Assembly (NCBI GenBank): GCA_964016885.1
Contig: OZ024753.1
Span: 2,976,001-3,040,000, forward strand
Source: Eledone cirrhosa
Taxonomy: Eukaryota
Reading direction: 5' to 3'
Length of the DNA: 64,000 nucleotides
Shown: positions 1 to 13,080 of the stretch, in pieces
Numbering within the stretch: the stretch's first letter is position 1
How the letters are laid out: every line of letters begins with the position of its first letter
Made by a program: the position numbers and the translations under genes
The notes under the pieces: generated by a model
Database searches by the model: none
What the model was told of the DNA's origin: nothing
Seen by the model: the letters and a program-made list of their open reading frames with translations, nothing else

Positions 1-1
1 A

Positions 2-209
2 TCAAAATATAGCTGAACTTGGATTCTTGAAGGCACCACACAGCTCCTTCATTTGATAAGCTAAAAGGATCATACTATTTGAGCGAATAAAAATCTGCAA
101 TACCGTCTTTAAATTTAATGGTTGAATGGTTGTGAATGTAAGGCTAGAAATAATACTACACTTTTCTTTATAACATTGCTGTAAAGCTGGTGACTGGTCA
201 AAGGAAACT
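2..209 (-). other. Candidate exon of a minus-strand transcript (open frame VSFDQSPALQQ...SSAIF*)
   Basis: Minus strand reads tttctctttttttctcaatttAG (AG at 210-211), then a 68-codon open frame. No recognisable homology. Confidence 0.25.
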
Positions 210-1040
210 CTAAATTGAGAAAAAAAGAGAAATCCTGCACAGATACATACATATGCAGACATGACACCATCTGTATATATATATATATATTAGTATATAT
301 AGATATATATGTATGTATGTGTACATATATATATCCAACAAAACATTCATTCAAAATATTGCAGCAGGAAACACCAACAATGCAGGTAACAGCACATACT
401 CGTGCTGCTTACATGAATTGCAAGAACTGCACTGAGCACATATAAAATCAATGATCACATGTCCTTGTATGATGTGTGTGTGTACATGCAAGGTCAGGAA
501 CATATTTATACAACCAGTTATATATGTAAAGATAAAAGAAAACTCTTTTCATGTATATGTGTATAAATAGTTCTGCATCAATATTTAGTATTGTTGCTCA
601 ATATATCTCTATTCTTCTAATATCAACGATGGTATTGTTTACTTCAAAACTCATATTTTCCTACTTTTGTGTTCTAAACAAAATTGAATGAATATGAATT
701 AAAAATTGCATCATCATTATTGAGGATTTGGGGGTGGACTCTTCCCAACACAATGAACCATAAATTGTCTTCATACTCTCTTTGGCATAAATAGGGTCAG
801 TTGACCCAGAGTTTTCTTCTGACCCAATTCACTCTGAGGTTATTCCTTTACCCTTAGCCTTCACCTCAACGCAGCCAACCACAGGCAATGAGGGCTTATG
901 TCCTTCTCCTAGTTTAGCTACCTTCCAATGCGGTGGAGCCCAGACCACCTACCAGTTATAGTGTAGACGGATTTAATGTCCAGCATGCTGCTAGAATCGT
1001 GAGAGTGAGGAAACCCTGATACATGAGTAAGGAACTTTAA

Positions 1041-1218
1041 CCCTTTAGTGTTTACACTACTCTATATTTACTATTATATTTTCACAGTAAAGGCTTTACC
1101 TCACATAATTATCACACATAATATTTAATCTATGAGATTTTGATATTATTTATTTTGAGAACAATATCTTAACATAATTATGAGCAGCTAATCATGGCTG
1201 GTTTAAATGCTAAAGGGT
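1041..1218 (+). mobile_element. piggyBac-type MITE (CCCTTTAG TIR family)
   Basis: Starts TTAA|CCCTTTAG and ends CTAAAGGG. Interior matches the complete copy at 49836-50053. Confidence 0.7.
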
Positions 1219-1485
1219 GGAACAAATGAAAAACTAAATTTAGCAGTAAACCTGATTAAAAGCTGTGTAAATGTTCCATGTGTGTATTTACCTTTTGCTT
1301 AAAGAAATCAGTATCTATGTATTTACTTGTTCTTCAAATACTGTACTTTTGTAATTATTTGTATGCTTGCATATGCATAAATACTCACACACTCAAACAT
1401 ATAATGTAAACACAAACACACATACACATATATATATAGATATATTCATATATATATATACATGCACACACAGAAACATATGAAA

Positions 1486-1540
<55 letters not shown>

Positions 1541-1649
1541 AGAACATAATGTAAACACACACACATATATATATGCACTTACATGCAAATTTTAATTTAA
1601 TATACATATAAATATAATTTTCAGTTAATAGTTTTTTTTTATATTAAAC

Positions 1650-1680
<31 letters not shown>

Positions 1681-1712
1681 TATATATGCGTACATACACA
1701 TATACACACACA

Positions 1713-2031
1713 CATCATCTTACGTCCGCTTTTCCCTGCTTGCAAGGGTGGGATGGGAACTGATTCTGGCTTGATTTCTACAGCTGGATTCCCTTCCTAA
1801 CACCAACCTCATTTACACTGAGTGCTGGGTGCTTTTTTGCTGTTGCTCCTCCACAACCACTTTGCAGTGGAATGATAGGGACCCCAGTCCATATCATCTC
1901 ATTTCTACAGCTGAGTAAACTGGAGCAATGTGAAATAAAGTGTCTTGCTCAAGGAAACACATCACCCAGTCTGAGAATTGAACTCGCAACCTTTCGATTG
2001 CAAGGCCAATGCTCTAACCACTAAGCCATGT
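1713..2031 (-). mobile_element. tRNA-derived CORE-like SINE with RTE-type 3' tail (family S1, short form)
   Basis: Minus strand has A-box TGGCTTAGTGG, B-box GAGTTCAATTC, the CCTTGAGCAAGACACTT core and a GAT-repeat tail. Near-identical to 24183-24512. Confidence 0.85.
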
Positions 2032-2093
2032 TATATATATATATATATATTAAATTCAAATATTAATAAATAGATGTTCTTGTGATAAATTAA

Positions 2094-2159
2094 ATTTTAT
2101 TATACATATTTCAGAGGTACTTGAATCAAGTTCAATAGTACATCCTCATCAGATAAAAT
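2094..2159 (-). ncRNA. Minimal type I hammerhead ribozyme motif (family A-like)
   Basis: Minus: attttat CTGATGA ggatgtact-loop-agtacctct GAAA tatgta TA ataaaat. All core boxes and stem I are present. It lies in a ~230-bp insert between (TA)n tracts. Confidence 0.75.
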
Positions 2160-5100
2160 AAAATGATACATGATATGCCCTGACATGTTAAATTGTTAAG
2201 ATTTCTGTAGAGTGCTTTCAATCTACTGTAAAACTCATTCTTTGATGTACTCATTGAATCTTGTTTAACTCTCTAAAATATATATATATATATATACACA
2301 CACACATAAATACATGCAGATTGAGTCACCTGATTGGGGATTAATGACTCTGCAGGTATGTTGTGTGAATCATTTCAATAAAGTCAGACCGCAAATATCT
2401 AGCTTTCGGTAAGGGAGAGAATGAAGGTGAACAATAGAGGGTGAAGAATATATATGAGGAGATTGTATTGGAAGAGTATCATGGAAAGTTTGAGAAGAAA
2501 CGGTCAAGTGATAATGATAAAAAGTGCTATAATCTGAAGATTGTGTGATGAGTTACAAGTGCGCAGTAAATCTCTGCTATATCATCTTAAATCCACTAAC
2601 TACACCTGTGTCTCACTCATCTGTATTCTAAAAAGTGTGACATTATTAAACTCTATAAACCCTTCAGCATTTAAACTAGCCATATCCAGCCATTATTTTT
2701 TTCTCCTCTATCTGTTGAAACTGGCTGCTCAAACTAAATAACATCAATATCTCTACCACCAATTCCCATTGCTGGGATCTCCTGGCACATCTTCACCCAG
2801 CAACTACGATCCATACGCATCAGATGTTCATACTAACACAGTCTTCTCTCTTGCACACCACTTCAGATTCCTCTTAAACCCAGTTTATCCCACAGGTCAA
2901 CCAAGCTCTGCCATTCTTTCACATTTACATAGCATATCCATCAAAGCAATTAAATGTAAAGAAATTTTTCTTGCAAACTTCATATATGGGGCAGGAAGGT
3001 GATCAATAACATTTAAGTGCTGAAGGCCACAAAAGGAATAAATCTAGTCCTGCACTTTGCCCATGTTGTATACCAATGGGTAAAAATATATTTAATTGCT
3101 GAGCAAAAATGTAAGTGGTACTGAATTGAATTGAAGGTACTAAGATAGTTTGTAACATTTCATCTCGAAAATACCCCCCCCCCCCAATAAACATTTACAA
3201 TATAAACAAAATAAATAGAATAGAATTAATTGATTTCTCAATTGGAAGGGGAAATATAATCAAAGATGGAGTCCAATTGAAGAGTTCATCTGTTAAGTAA
3301 GACAAAGTGAAAAATAGGAAAATGTAAATAATATCTATGAGATGAGAAACATTAAATCAGTCTGTAAATAAGATAGGAAAAAAACGTAGGAAAGTTGCAG
3401 TTGTAGAAACATTTAAGAGAAACCTTTATTACAATATGAAATAAAACAATAAAGAAGTGATGGAAAATATGAAAATTGTTTGAAGTGGATCAGACATTAC
3501 GGCAGAGAGATTCGTTGGTAAGTATTAGTGATAATGGTTACACATTACATGGAGATAGAGAGAGGAAAAACAACTTGTTAATTAGTTAGATATAGCTATA
3601 TATTTTGATAACCATCTTCACTTTGAAGGCAAAATACGATTTCAATCAAGTATTCGTTTGAGTTCAATGCAAATAAAAGATTAAAGTTGCTGGCAACAGA
3701 TAAAATTCATTTGTTCCAACAATAACAACAACAGCAACAACCATGACACCAATATATTAATACATACATCAAAAGTGGTAAAATAATAAAACTAAAAATT
3801 ATCATCTTTTATACCACCACCACCACCATTAACACCACCATCACCAAATTCAAGACATTCCTAAATGTTTTGTTTTACAATTGTATTGGACTGTAAACAC
3901 CAAGAAGAAGAAGAAGAAAACAAAGGAGAAGAAAAGAAGAAGAACAACAAAAACATAACAGCTTGACTTTGTTTCTACAATGTTTCAAACTGCTAGTGTA
4001 TTGTTAAGATTAAAATCTTATATTTTTACAGGAAGCATTTAAATGGTTTGACATGGCGTTTGCATTAGTGTGAGGTAGCCAATTAGATAAGGCATTAAAA
4101 TACCTGGCCAGTGCTCAGGACTTCAAATATGTTACAAGTATCTGGGAAGAGGCAGGTCTGCACTACATGTTAGGCAAGTTAAGCAATTGCCTAGGCCATG
4201 AAAATCTGGGAGTACCAAACAAATTCTGTGCTACTTAAACAAGATTTCTTTAGCATTTAAACCAACAATATCTGGCCAGAATTCTCTCACCTCTTTCTGT
4301 TCAAACTGGCTGTAACTGCCCACTCATACTGATGTTATGGTATTGTTTACAACATAACCTAGAATAAGTGCACCATTCTTTAATTGTTCATCTTGTCAAA
4401 GAGCAACAAATGAAATAAAATTGTTTCCTTCCAGGATAGAAACCAAAATACAACTAAGTGTTATTTAGTTGGCAGAATATATATATAATGTGATATAATA
4501 AAGTCTTCATCTAAACACACATACTCACTCACACACACTGTCTCCTATACATATACACATTCACATACTGTCACAATTTCTCTCTCGCTCACACACATCC
4601 AAAGTTTACCTATATAAAATACACAAACAAAAAGATAGAGCTTCTATGGTAACACCTGGACCAAGGAAGCCTCTGTATGATAACTAAGTCTACTAGAAAT
4701 AGCAGTTAAATTCCATCAAATCTCATCTATATTATCTTAAAAGGGAAAGGCATTAAGCAATGTCCTAGATATGAAAAAGTATGGTGGTGGGGGTTAGGTT
4801 TGTTCTGAGTGGACCTGAGGTTAGCAACACAAGATAACAGCAAAAACAACAAGAAGCATTATAAGGCCGCCTTTCCTGTTAAAATAGGGATTAGCCTTGC
4901 AGCCCCTATGACAAGCTTCTCCACTTTATCCTATCATTAGCATCTTCCATTACCAACCTCTGGCTTGTATATCCTCCTCAATCATTTTTAGCTAAGACTT
5001 TCTTGGTCATCACCTTCCTCTATTGTCTTCCATATTCATTTCCTTCACTCCTCTCATCCACTCACTTTGCTTCTTTCTCAACACATGACCCAGCCATCTC

Positions 5101-5699
5101 ATACCATTTCTCTTCTTAACAATCATCAGTTGTTCTATTCCCATCCTCCTCTACAATTCCTTGTTTGTCTTCCTCTCAGAACTCAGAAATATTCCACTCA
5201 TCTCCCAAACCATTCCCATTTCTGTTTTGTAAACCTATGTCGCTCCATATTAATCACCCATGTCTCACTCCCATACATCATAGCACTTTTCACACATGCA
5301 AAATACACCTTTCCCTTCAACTCTACAAACAACAATCAAAAGTAAAAATACACATTCATATGGATACACAGACACATACATGCATAACAACTACTACACA
5401 GAAATGTGCATGCGCAAACATGTAACAATGCAGAAACACAATTATGTAGCAAACTACACAAACAATAAACACATCTCTACACATAGTCAAAAGAACAAAA
5501 CCATCGAAATATTGAATCATATACACACACACACAAAACAATTATTTACATTAACAGATACACAAAAACACTACTGAGAAACAAACACATACATACACAA
5601 GAATTACATAGAAACACATACACATACATACACATTAATTACATTGATACACACATATATAAATATTCTAGAACATCTACATAGAAATACAGACACATA

Positions 5700-5775
5700 T
5701 AGACAGATATGTACATGCATAAGAGCAACTATATAGAAATGTAGATACATACATACACAAGAACTACAACATAGA

Positions 5776-5812
<37 letters not shown>

Positions 5813-5903
5813 GAACTACTACATACAGATGTAGATACATATATACACATAGAAATGTAGATACATACATACATACACAAGAACTACAACATAGAGATGT
5901 AGC

Positions 5904-5934
<31 letters not shown>

Positions 5935-6080
5935 GAACTACTACATACAGATGTAGATACATATATACACAAGAACTACAACAAAGAGATGTAGATATAT
6001 ATATATATACACACATGAACTACTACATACAGATGTAGATACATACATACATACACAAGAACTACAACATAGAGATGTAG

Positions 6081-6116
<36 letters not shown>

Positions 6117-6200
6117 GAACTACTACATACAGATGTAGATACATATATACACATAGAAAATGTAGATACATACATACATACAAATGAACTACTACATAGA
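5700..6200. repeat. Compound minisatellite with internal (TA)n
   Basis: Recurring blocks ACAAGAACTACAACATAGAGATGTA and CACATGAACTACTACATACAGATGTAGATAC, about four times each. Confidence 0.85.
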
Positions 6201-7309
6201 TTCAGTGACAATTCTATACATATTCATCCACATATCCATGCATATTCATCAAAATAATCACAGTTAATATGTTAAATATTATACAGGAAGTAATTATATA
6301 ACCCATACACATAAATACACACAGACACACATTGATTCTCAACAAATTATAAATACGAAGATGAAAGATTACAACATTTCCTTCCCCTCCTTGCAAAAAA
6401 AAATGAAACACACCTCCAAAGTCCCCTAAGGGTTTCTCTTCATTGAGAAATGGAAGCTTCTAGCTAAAATGCATCAGATTTTAACGTAGAAAAAAAAATG
6501 AAAAATTCAAAGGCAGAAAGAAAGCAAGAATAATCTTTACTTTGTTTATTGTTATTCTTCAAATACTCATTGTTTTTGTTTTATCGCTGTAAATATGTGC
6601 TGTGGTGTATGTAAGAGAGGGAAGGGTTTATGATTTCAATAATTGCATCATGGGAAACTTTATTAATATTTCTTTTGGTTTTTATTACATGTTAAACTCA
6701 AGATAATGCAAATCAAGCAAATTTGTGTCATCGAATCAATGAGAGAGTTTTAAGTCTTGAAATCCAACCAGACATGATACAGCCTCACTGGTTGCTATGT
6801 ATTCTAATTTGGCTTACACCTTGAATAATAAGCAAGGAACCAATTGTGATGGATGCATTGAAGTAGGTTGGGTGAAGCCAGAGTTATACTGAAACAGTGA
6901 TGTGCCATGGTTATATTGACAGTAGATTGTGACACAGACATATTGGTGGCCTTCCTTTCAATGTAATTAGACATTTTACTACCAGTCTCTCTTTCGCTCT
7001 TTACACACACACATATATATATATGTATATATATATAGAGAGAAAGAGTGAGAGAGACACACATATATACATATATATATAAGTACATAAATATCTACAT
7101 ACATACCCTTGGAAGCAGGGAAAAGCAGACGTAAAATGATGATATATATGTACATATCAATGTGTCTTTCTATCTCTCTCATCATCATCATCATCATCGT
7201 TTAACGTCCATCTTCCACGCTTGCATGGGTTTGGACGGCTCTTAATATATATATATATATATATACAATGATATTAAATAAATGGAAACTATATTTATAA
7301 AACCATATT

Positions 7310-7374
7310 TATTTTATTATATATATTTCAAGGGTAAGCAAGACAACATTGGTGCACTTTCATCAGATAAAATA
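7310..7374 (-). ncRNA. Hammerhead ribozyme motif (family A, left arm)
   Basis: Minus: tattttat CTGATGA aagtgcaccaa-tgttgtc-ttgcttaccctt GAAA tatata TA ataaaata. Confidence 0.75.
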
Positions 7375-7398
7375 CAAAGTTTGTTTTATTTTGTATTG

Positions 7399-7463
7399 TA
7401 TTTTATCTGATGAAAGTGCACCAATGTTGTCTTGGTTGCCCTAGAAATATATATAATAAAATA
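7399..7463 (+). ncRNA. Hammerhead ribozyme motif (family A, right arm)
   Basis: tattttat CTGATGA(7407-7413) aagtgcaccaa-tgttgtc-ttggttgcccta GAAA(7444-7447) tatata TA ataaaata. Stem I is 8 bp. Confidence 0.8.
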
Positions 7464-7658
7464 AATATGGTTTTATAAATATAGTTTCCATTTATTTAAT
7501 ATCATTGAATATTTACTCCTATAAACTGTTGAGTGCTCTAAATCAGTTATAAACATTTATGTTTGTCGGACTTCCAACAAATTAAATATAACTTCTACTT
7601 ATATATATATATATATATATATATATCTGTCGATCGATTGGTTATTGATTAGGCGATA

Positions 7659-7768
7659 CCCGCTGATGAAGCCGCACAAGCCAATTGTGCATTGTTGCAT
7701 AATATATGCAGACAGATGGTGCAGTGCACCTTACAGCTGCATTAGTGCGGCAGAAACTCGAGTCCGGG
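7659..7768 (+). ncRNA. Hammerhead ribozyme motif with greatly enlarged loop II (family C)
   Basis: cccg CTGATGA(7663-7669) a gccgcac ... gtgcggc a GAAA(7753-7756) ctcgag TC cggg, with a GUC cleavage triplet. It lies in element 7627-7907 between (TA)n tracts. Confidence 0.75.
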
Positions 7769-7946
7769 AACCTTTTAGGCACCCGTTGTGTTGAGGCAAA
7801 TAACTTTGTGTATACTCTGGTAATATATCTTACATTGCCCATTGAGTGCGTTGAGATACAACCGGTACTGGCATTGATAAATATGCTGGGTCTGTCAACC
7901 CTTATTATTATATATATATACATATCAATCTGTCTCTCTCTCTCTC

Positions 7947-7994
<48 letters not shown>

Positions 7995-9127
7995 TACATA
8001 TCTCATTGGGTTGAGCACACACACATACAGAGCGAGAGAGCGAGAGCGAGAGAGAGAGAATTTTGATTTTTTTTTCAACAGTTTCAAAACATTTCTGTCA
8101 TATTTCTATAAAGCTGTCATTTAAGCTTCGCTGCCTAGTTTCTTTCAAGTAAACACCTCAGGATGAGATATTACAAATACAGCACAAACTAATAGACAAT
8201 CAGTATCATATATTGTTTCCCTCTATCTATTTGAAGCACTTATTAGAGTATGGGGTTGACCAGATATAATATATGGGACCCAGCAATGGATTGAGCAACT
8301 TACATATACCATGCCCTCTAAAAATCTCACAGAAACATACCACAAAACATGCTGACATGCAGTAATATATTAAATACAGTTTAGCATTGCAAAGAATTTG
8401 TGCAACATCTGCAAAAAAAAATCAGCATATGTTACATCATGTGAAGAGCATATCTGACATTTTGGTCAGAAGCCTGGTACAGAAGAATCAATATTCTGTC
8501 ATTCTCTGATGAGAAATTCTCCATTTAATTTCAAATCTTTTCTCTCTTCATAGCAGCTTAATATATCTCATTTTTATTGTATGTACAGTAATTATTGCCT
8601 GGAGCAGATGACCATTACTTTCTCTCCATAGGTTCTAGCGACTAAATTTGTTGTCAGAATCAGAACAGAGAGGTTTCTTTAGTTTTAATGAGGAGTATAG
8701 ATTATAGAGCAATTTATTATTCATATATTTTGCAGTGTTTATCTAGTTTAAAATAGATACATCATATTTTTACATGTCATTATAAATATATATGAGAGAG
8801 TTTATATATTTATATATATATATATATATGGTCATGGACGTTTTGGGTGCGTGGGTACATGGCCAATTATGCAATGGGATGATAGTCACTGCAGATTATT
8901 TTATAGAAAGTACATAATTCAGCAACTACAGCCTGATGACGTCCATCATCCCCATACCAGTAATTGTTGCATGTTGTTGGTTGTTTTGGGGTGAAGTCTC
9001 GGATGTGGTGTAGACAGTCAAGCTTTGAATTTTGCTTTCCTTGTGCAGTATGGGTCTAGTGAGTGAGGTCGAATGTGGATTTATCAGCTGAGAAGCTCAC
9101 TTTTGACCTCACTCCCCAGGGTAACTT

Positions 9128-9440
9128 TGGTTAGAGCATTGGCCTTGCAATCGAAAGGGTGTGAGTTCAATTCTCAGACCGGGTGATCTGTTGTTTCCTT
9201 GAACAAGACACTTTATTTCACATTGCTCCAGTTTACTCAGCTGTAGAAATGAGATGATAGGGACTGGGGTCCATATCATTCCACTGCAAAGTGGTCGTGG
9301 AGGTGCCATGGCAAAAAAGCACCCAGCACTCACTGTAAATGAGGTTGGTGTTAGGAAGGGCATCCAGCTGTAGAAATCAAGCCAGAATCAGTTCCCATCC
9401 CACCCTTGCAAGCAGGGAAAAGCGGCCCTAAAATGATGAT
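9128..9440 (+). mobile_element. SINE family S1 (5' end clipped)
   Basis: B-box GAGTTCAATTC, CORE-like block and AGGAAGGGCATCCAGCTGTAGAAA tail ending in (GAT)n. Confidence 0.85.
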
Positions 9441-9570
9441 ATATACATATATATACATATATATGATAGCTAGTAGACAACTGATGATGGATATTCCTAA
9501 CTTCTATTTCTAATTCTTCATTTATTATACTTAATTGCAACAACACAGCTTGCCATTTTTGATTCATATA

Positions 9571-9628
<58 letters not shown>

Positions 9629-9630
<2 letters not shown>

Positions 9631-9774
9631 GTGGTGGCCAGGTTGCCCGATGGCAAAATTGTTTTATTTGCTTTTTTTTTAATTTTTGTTCTACATCTTA
9701 GACTTCAGGCAACCTGGCAACCTAAACTTCAGGAATAAGGAGGGCAACCTGGCAACCTAGCCAGTCCGCCACTG
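9629..9774. mobile_element. hAT-like MITE (CAGTGG...CCACTG termini)
   Basis: Inverted termini with GGTTGCCC/GGGCAACC subterminal motifs. A longer copy is at 24512-24794. Confidence 0.65.
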
Positions 9775-10587
9775 TGTGTATCTATTTCTTGAGATTTACT
9801 AGTGAAAACTAATGTGTTGTGATGTGTGCAGTTTTGCCAAAGCATGACTTATAGATTGAGGATAAGAAATTCTCTGCTGAAATAAGTCCTGGAGTCGATA
9901 TGAGTAACTGAAATCCACTTCAAGGGCGATGCTCCAGCATGGCCAATTCCCAAATCTAATAAAAGAATATATGCAAGATTTTCTAAACTAAGTTCAAACT
10001 CAACAGACTGTAGTTAATTCTTCACAGAGTAAGCCATGAGTTATTTCTTGCTCTAATACAGAAAATACTGGACATAACAGGATAACAAACACCCTTGAAT
10101 CTGGCAGCTTTTTTTCTATTGATCTAAAAAGAATCTACACAGAAATTTACTTTTAGCTATAAAACAACCATAGATATTTACTGAAGTACGAAAGAAGTGT
10201 GGAAGTTTTTAGACTGAAAGATCAAAATTCTCATACAAGTTAGGTTTTGTTTTGTTTCTTTAATGAAAAACAAAAAAAGAAAATGTACTATTTTGGCTGA
10301 CTGGTGTAATGCACAGAACAGCTGGCGCCAAAACTATAGCCTTTGGTTGTAGAAATATCCGGTTTATGCTGTTCACTTGGCAAGGAACTTATAAACAACA
10401 GGTGATACAACAAATGGTGTGAAAGTGTCGAGTTTGGAAAATACAAGGATACATGTATTTCCGTGTATGTGTGTGTAAAGAGAGAGAGAGAGAGAGGGGG
10501 GGATGGAAAGAGAGAGAGAGAAAGAAAGAACTGCAGACACACACAGATTTTCCAAGCAAGGAAAATGGTCATTAAATGATGATGGTA

Positions 10588-10647
<60 letters not shown>

Positions 10648-11197
10648 GCCTGTATATATTTATACACACACATATATATACATATATATATAAGCACACA
10701 TCCACTCACATAGATATATACATACATTTAATATATATTTATTCACATTATGTATAAATAACAACTGTAGCAGTGATGTAAAATTGGAGGTGTAATGCTG
10801 AAGTCAGCCAAAGGCTGAATTATTTCTAAACACCAGCTGCTGGCCAGGTAAAAAAAATTACATTTTAATTTGATGTATATTCTGATAAAGTTGCTTTTTT
10901 ACTTTCTATTTTGTTGTTCTTATTTTTGCTGATGATTTTTTTAATTATATATGTTCAGTGAAAATGCAATTTATATTACATTTCTAAAAAAATATATCTG
11001 AAAAATGAACATTAAATGTATATGAAACATAAACATTAAAGGTGAGAGCCTTGGAGAAGCTGGAGAGAGATGAAGCTAACCTGATGTTTTGATTCTGTAA
11101 GGTGAACAGTTTTTTAGTTGACAAGATTTAACCTACCAAACTATTATCTAATGTATAATCATTTAAACTGTTAAATGCTATAACATAAGCCTCTAAA

Positions 11198-11879
11198 ATT
11201 GTCAAGAAGGCCGAGGGTGTCTTAGCATCACTCAGCAAGAGCTTTGTCAGCTGCACTCCAACTATCTATTTATAGCTGTGGTGTGGTCACACTTAGAATT
11301 TGCATCACCAGTCTGGAACCCATATCTTGCTCAGAACATTGACCTTCTGGAAACTGTTAAGAGACGTGCAACCAAGTGAATACCCTCCATCAAGCATCTA
11401 CCATACTCTGAACACCTTGCTTCCCTGGGCATGGATACACTGAAGCTCCGATGTCTTGCACCTGACTTCGTAAACACCCACAAAATCATTAACCATCTTG
11501 CAAACAACAACCCTGAGCATCTTTTTGATTTCCATGTGTCTAACACATGTGATCATACCTACAAAGTCAGAAAACAGCACATCTCCCATGACTTTCAGAA
11601 ACATTTTTTCACGCTCAGAGTTGCTGAAACATGGAACAAACTACCTGCATTAGTTGTTAGCTGCTGAGATACTGCATCCTTTAAAACCTCCATGATCTCT
11701 GAAATTCGCCAACACTACATCTGATATCCCCCTCCATACACATGCACGCATGTATATCATGACTCATGCATTGTTCACTTTCCTGACATTTGTACATTAT
11801 TCTATGTACTATACATGCACCTTTGATGAGTTGTAGTGCACCTGAACACTGTTCACGATAATTTCATTATTATTATTAT
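11198..11879 (+). mobile_element. CR1-clade LINE 3' fragment (decayed ORF2 C-terminus, 3' UTR, (ATT)n tail)
   Basis: Translates SHLEFASPVWNPYL..NIDLLETVKRRATK*IP..LPYSEHL..L...HFFTLRVAETWNKLP, matching the CR1 ORF2 C-terminal consensus, with an in-frame stop. Confidence 0.85.
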
Positions 11880-11886
11880 AAATTTA

Positions 11887-12083
11887 GGGTGGTGAATTGG
11901 CAGTATCGGTAGAGGGTCAGATGCCATGCTTTCCAGCATAGTTACGTCCCTTTACAGTCTGAGTTCAAATCTTGTCGAGGTTAACTTTGCCCTTCATCCT
12001 TACCGGGTCGATAAAATAAAGTACCAGTAAAGCACCAGGTAATTGCTGGCCATGTGCCAAAAGTAGAAACAATTGTTATTATA
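11887..12083 (+). mobile_element. tRNA-derived Nin-domain SINE (family S2)
   Basis: B-box GAGTTCAAATC and Nin/Deu-like GCCCTTCATCCT..GGGTCGATAAAATAAAGTACCAG, then an ATT tail. Sits directly after the CR1 (ATT)n tail. Confidence 0.85.
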
Positions 12084-12311
12084 AATTTAAAAGTCTGTGC
12101 TTTGGATCTTAGGTTTGATACGACCACATAGTATCCTGGGCCAGAATCTTTAATCATAACCTTTATGAGTCAGATTCACAAATCTTTGAGGTTTCCTACT
12201 TAAATTAAAACCTGACAGCATAATTTTATGTATGGAAATGTTCTGCCTTCCCAACCTGCCTATGGCTTTATGAAACAAAACCACCTGTTTTTAAGCCTTA
12301 GCATTTAGATT

Positions 12312-12525
12312 ACTGTAAAGTGGTTGTGTAGGTGTCACAACAAAAAACACTCAGCACACACTGTAAATGTGGTTGGCGTTAGGAAGGGCATACAGCTGTA
12401 GAAAACCAGCCAGAAACAGTTCTATATGAGCGAGACATAGTCACCTGACCCAACTTGTCTCACATGGGACAAACCCGTCTAACCCATGCTAGCGTGGAAG
12501 ATAGATGCCAAACGATAATGATGAT
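12312..12525 (+). mobile_element. RTE/SINE S1-type 3' tail fragment
   Basis: CTGTAAAGTGGTTG...GGCGTTAGGAAGGGCAT...AACCCATGCTAGCGTGGAA, as in 22550-22808. Confidence 0.75.
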
Positions 12526-12924
12526 AATATATAACAAATCATTAGAATTTTAACCTACAACACTTATAATACTCTATACAAATGTGTGGCACATTGATTT
12601 TTGCCTGTGACCAAATATAGTTTTCGGCAGTCTCTAAAACATGGTTTATATCTACTAACAAGAATTCATAAATTATTGATTTCTAACTTAAAGTTATCAA
12701 TATTTACTATTTAGAAGTGAAGTACTGAAAAGCAAGAGGTGTATTCTTGATGTAATTGATCCTTTGGGTTTGTATGTTATGGATCTATAACTTCTAATAA
12801 AATCATGAGGGTGCTGTAGTAGTATAGTGATGTAGTGGGGGGTTAATGAGTGTGGGGGTGGGTGGGGGTGTTGATGAAGAATTAAAGGAATTAAAGCAAA
12901 TATATATAATGAACACAACCACAA

Positions 12925-13080
12925 GGATATGGTCCAAACATGGAAGAGCCAAACTCCTACTGTCATTGTCTCCATCTCTCTCACCCTCCCTATCTCTCTG
13001 TATGGTGAGCAAATGGGGTCCCACATGTTGGCCTCCCCACAGCCCTGGCGGACAGAAAGGAGAAGGCATTTCCCTGGAGG
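12925..13080. repeat. Unclassified GC-richer interspersed repeat (copy 1)
   Basis: Aligns by eye to the reverse complement of 55444-55600. Confidence 0.75.

Larger units (their letters stand above)
7266..7600 (+). mobile_element. Penelope-like non-autonomous insertion with inverted partial terminal repeat (family A palindrome)
   Basis: Inverted arms at 7266-7377 and 7396-7507, each containing an HHR. The tail 7508-7600 is homologous to 38332-38420 (reverse). Flanked by (TA)n on both sides. Confidence 0.75.

Noticed and set aside
840-1035. Possible RTE 5' UTR or HDV-like ribozyme on the minus strand
   Set aside because: Only a loose CTAGGAGAAGG resemblance; I could not assemble the nested double pseudoknot.
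8933-9000. CTGATGA in an insert next to (TA)n (similar case at 9481)
   Set aside because: I could not build stem II-GAAA-stem III downstream.
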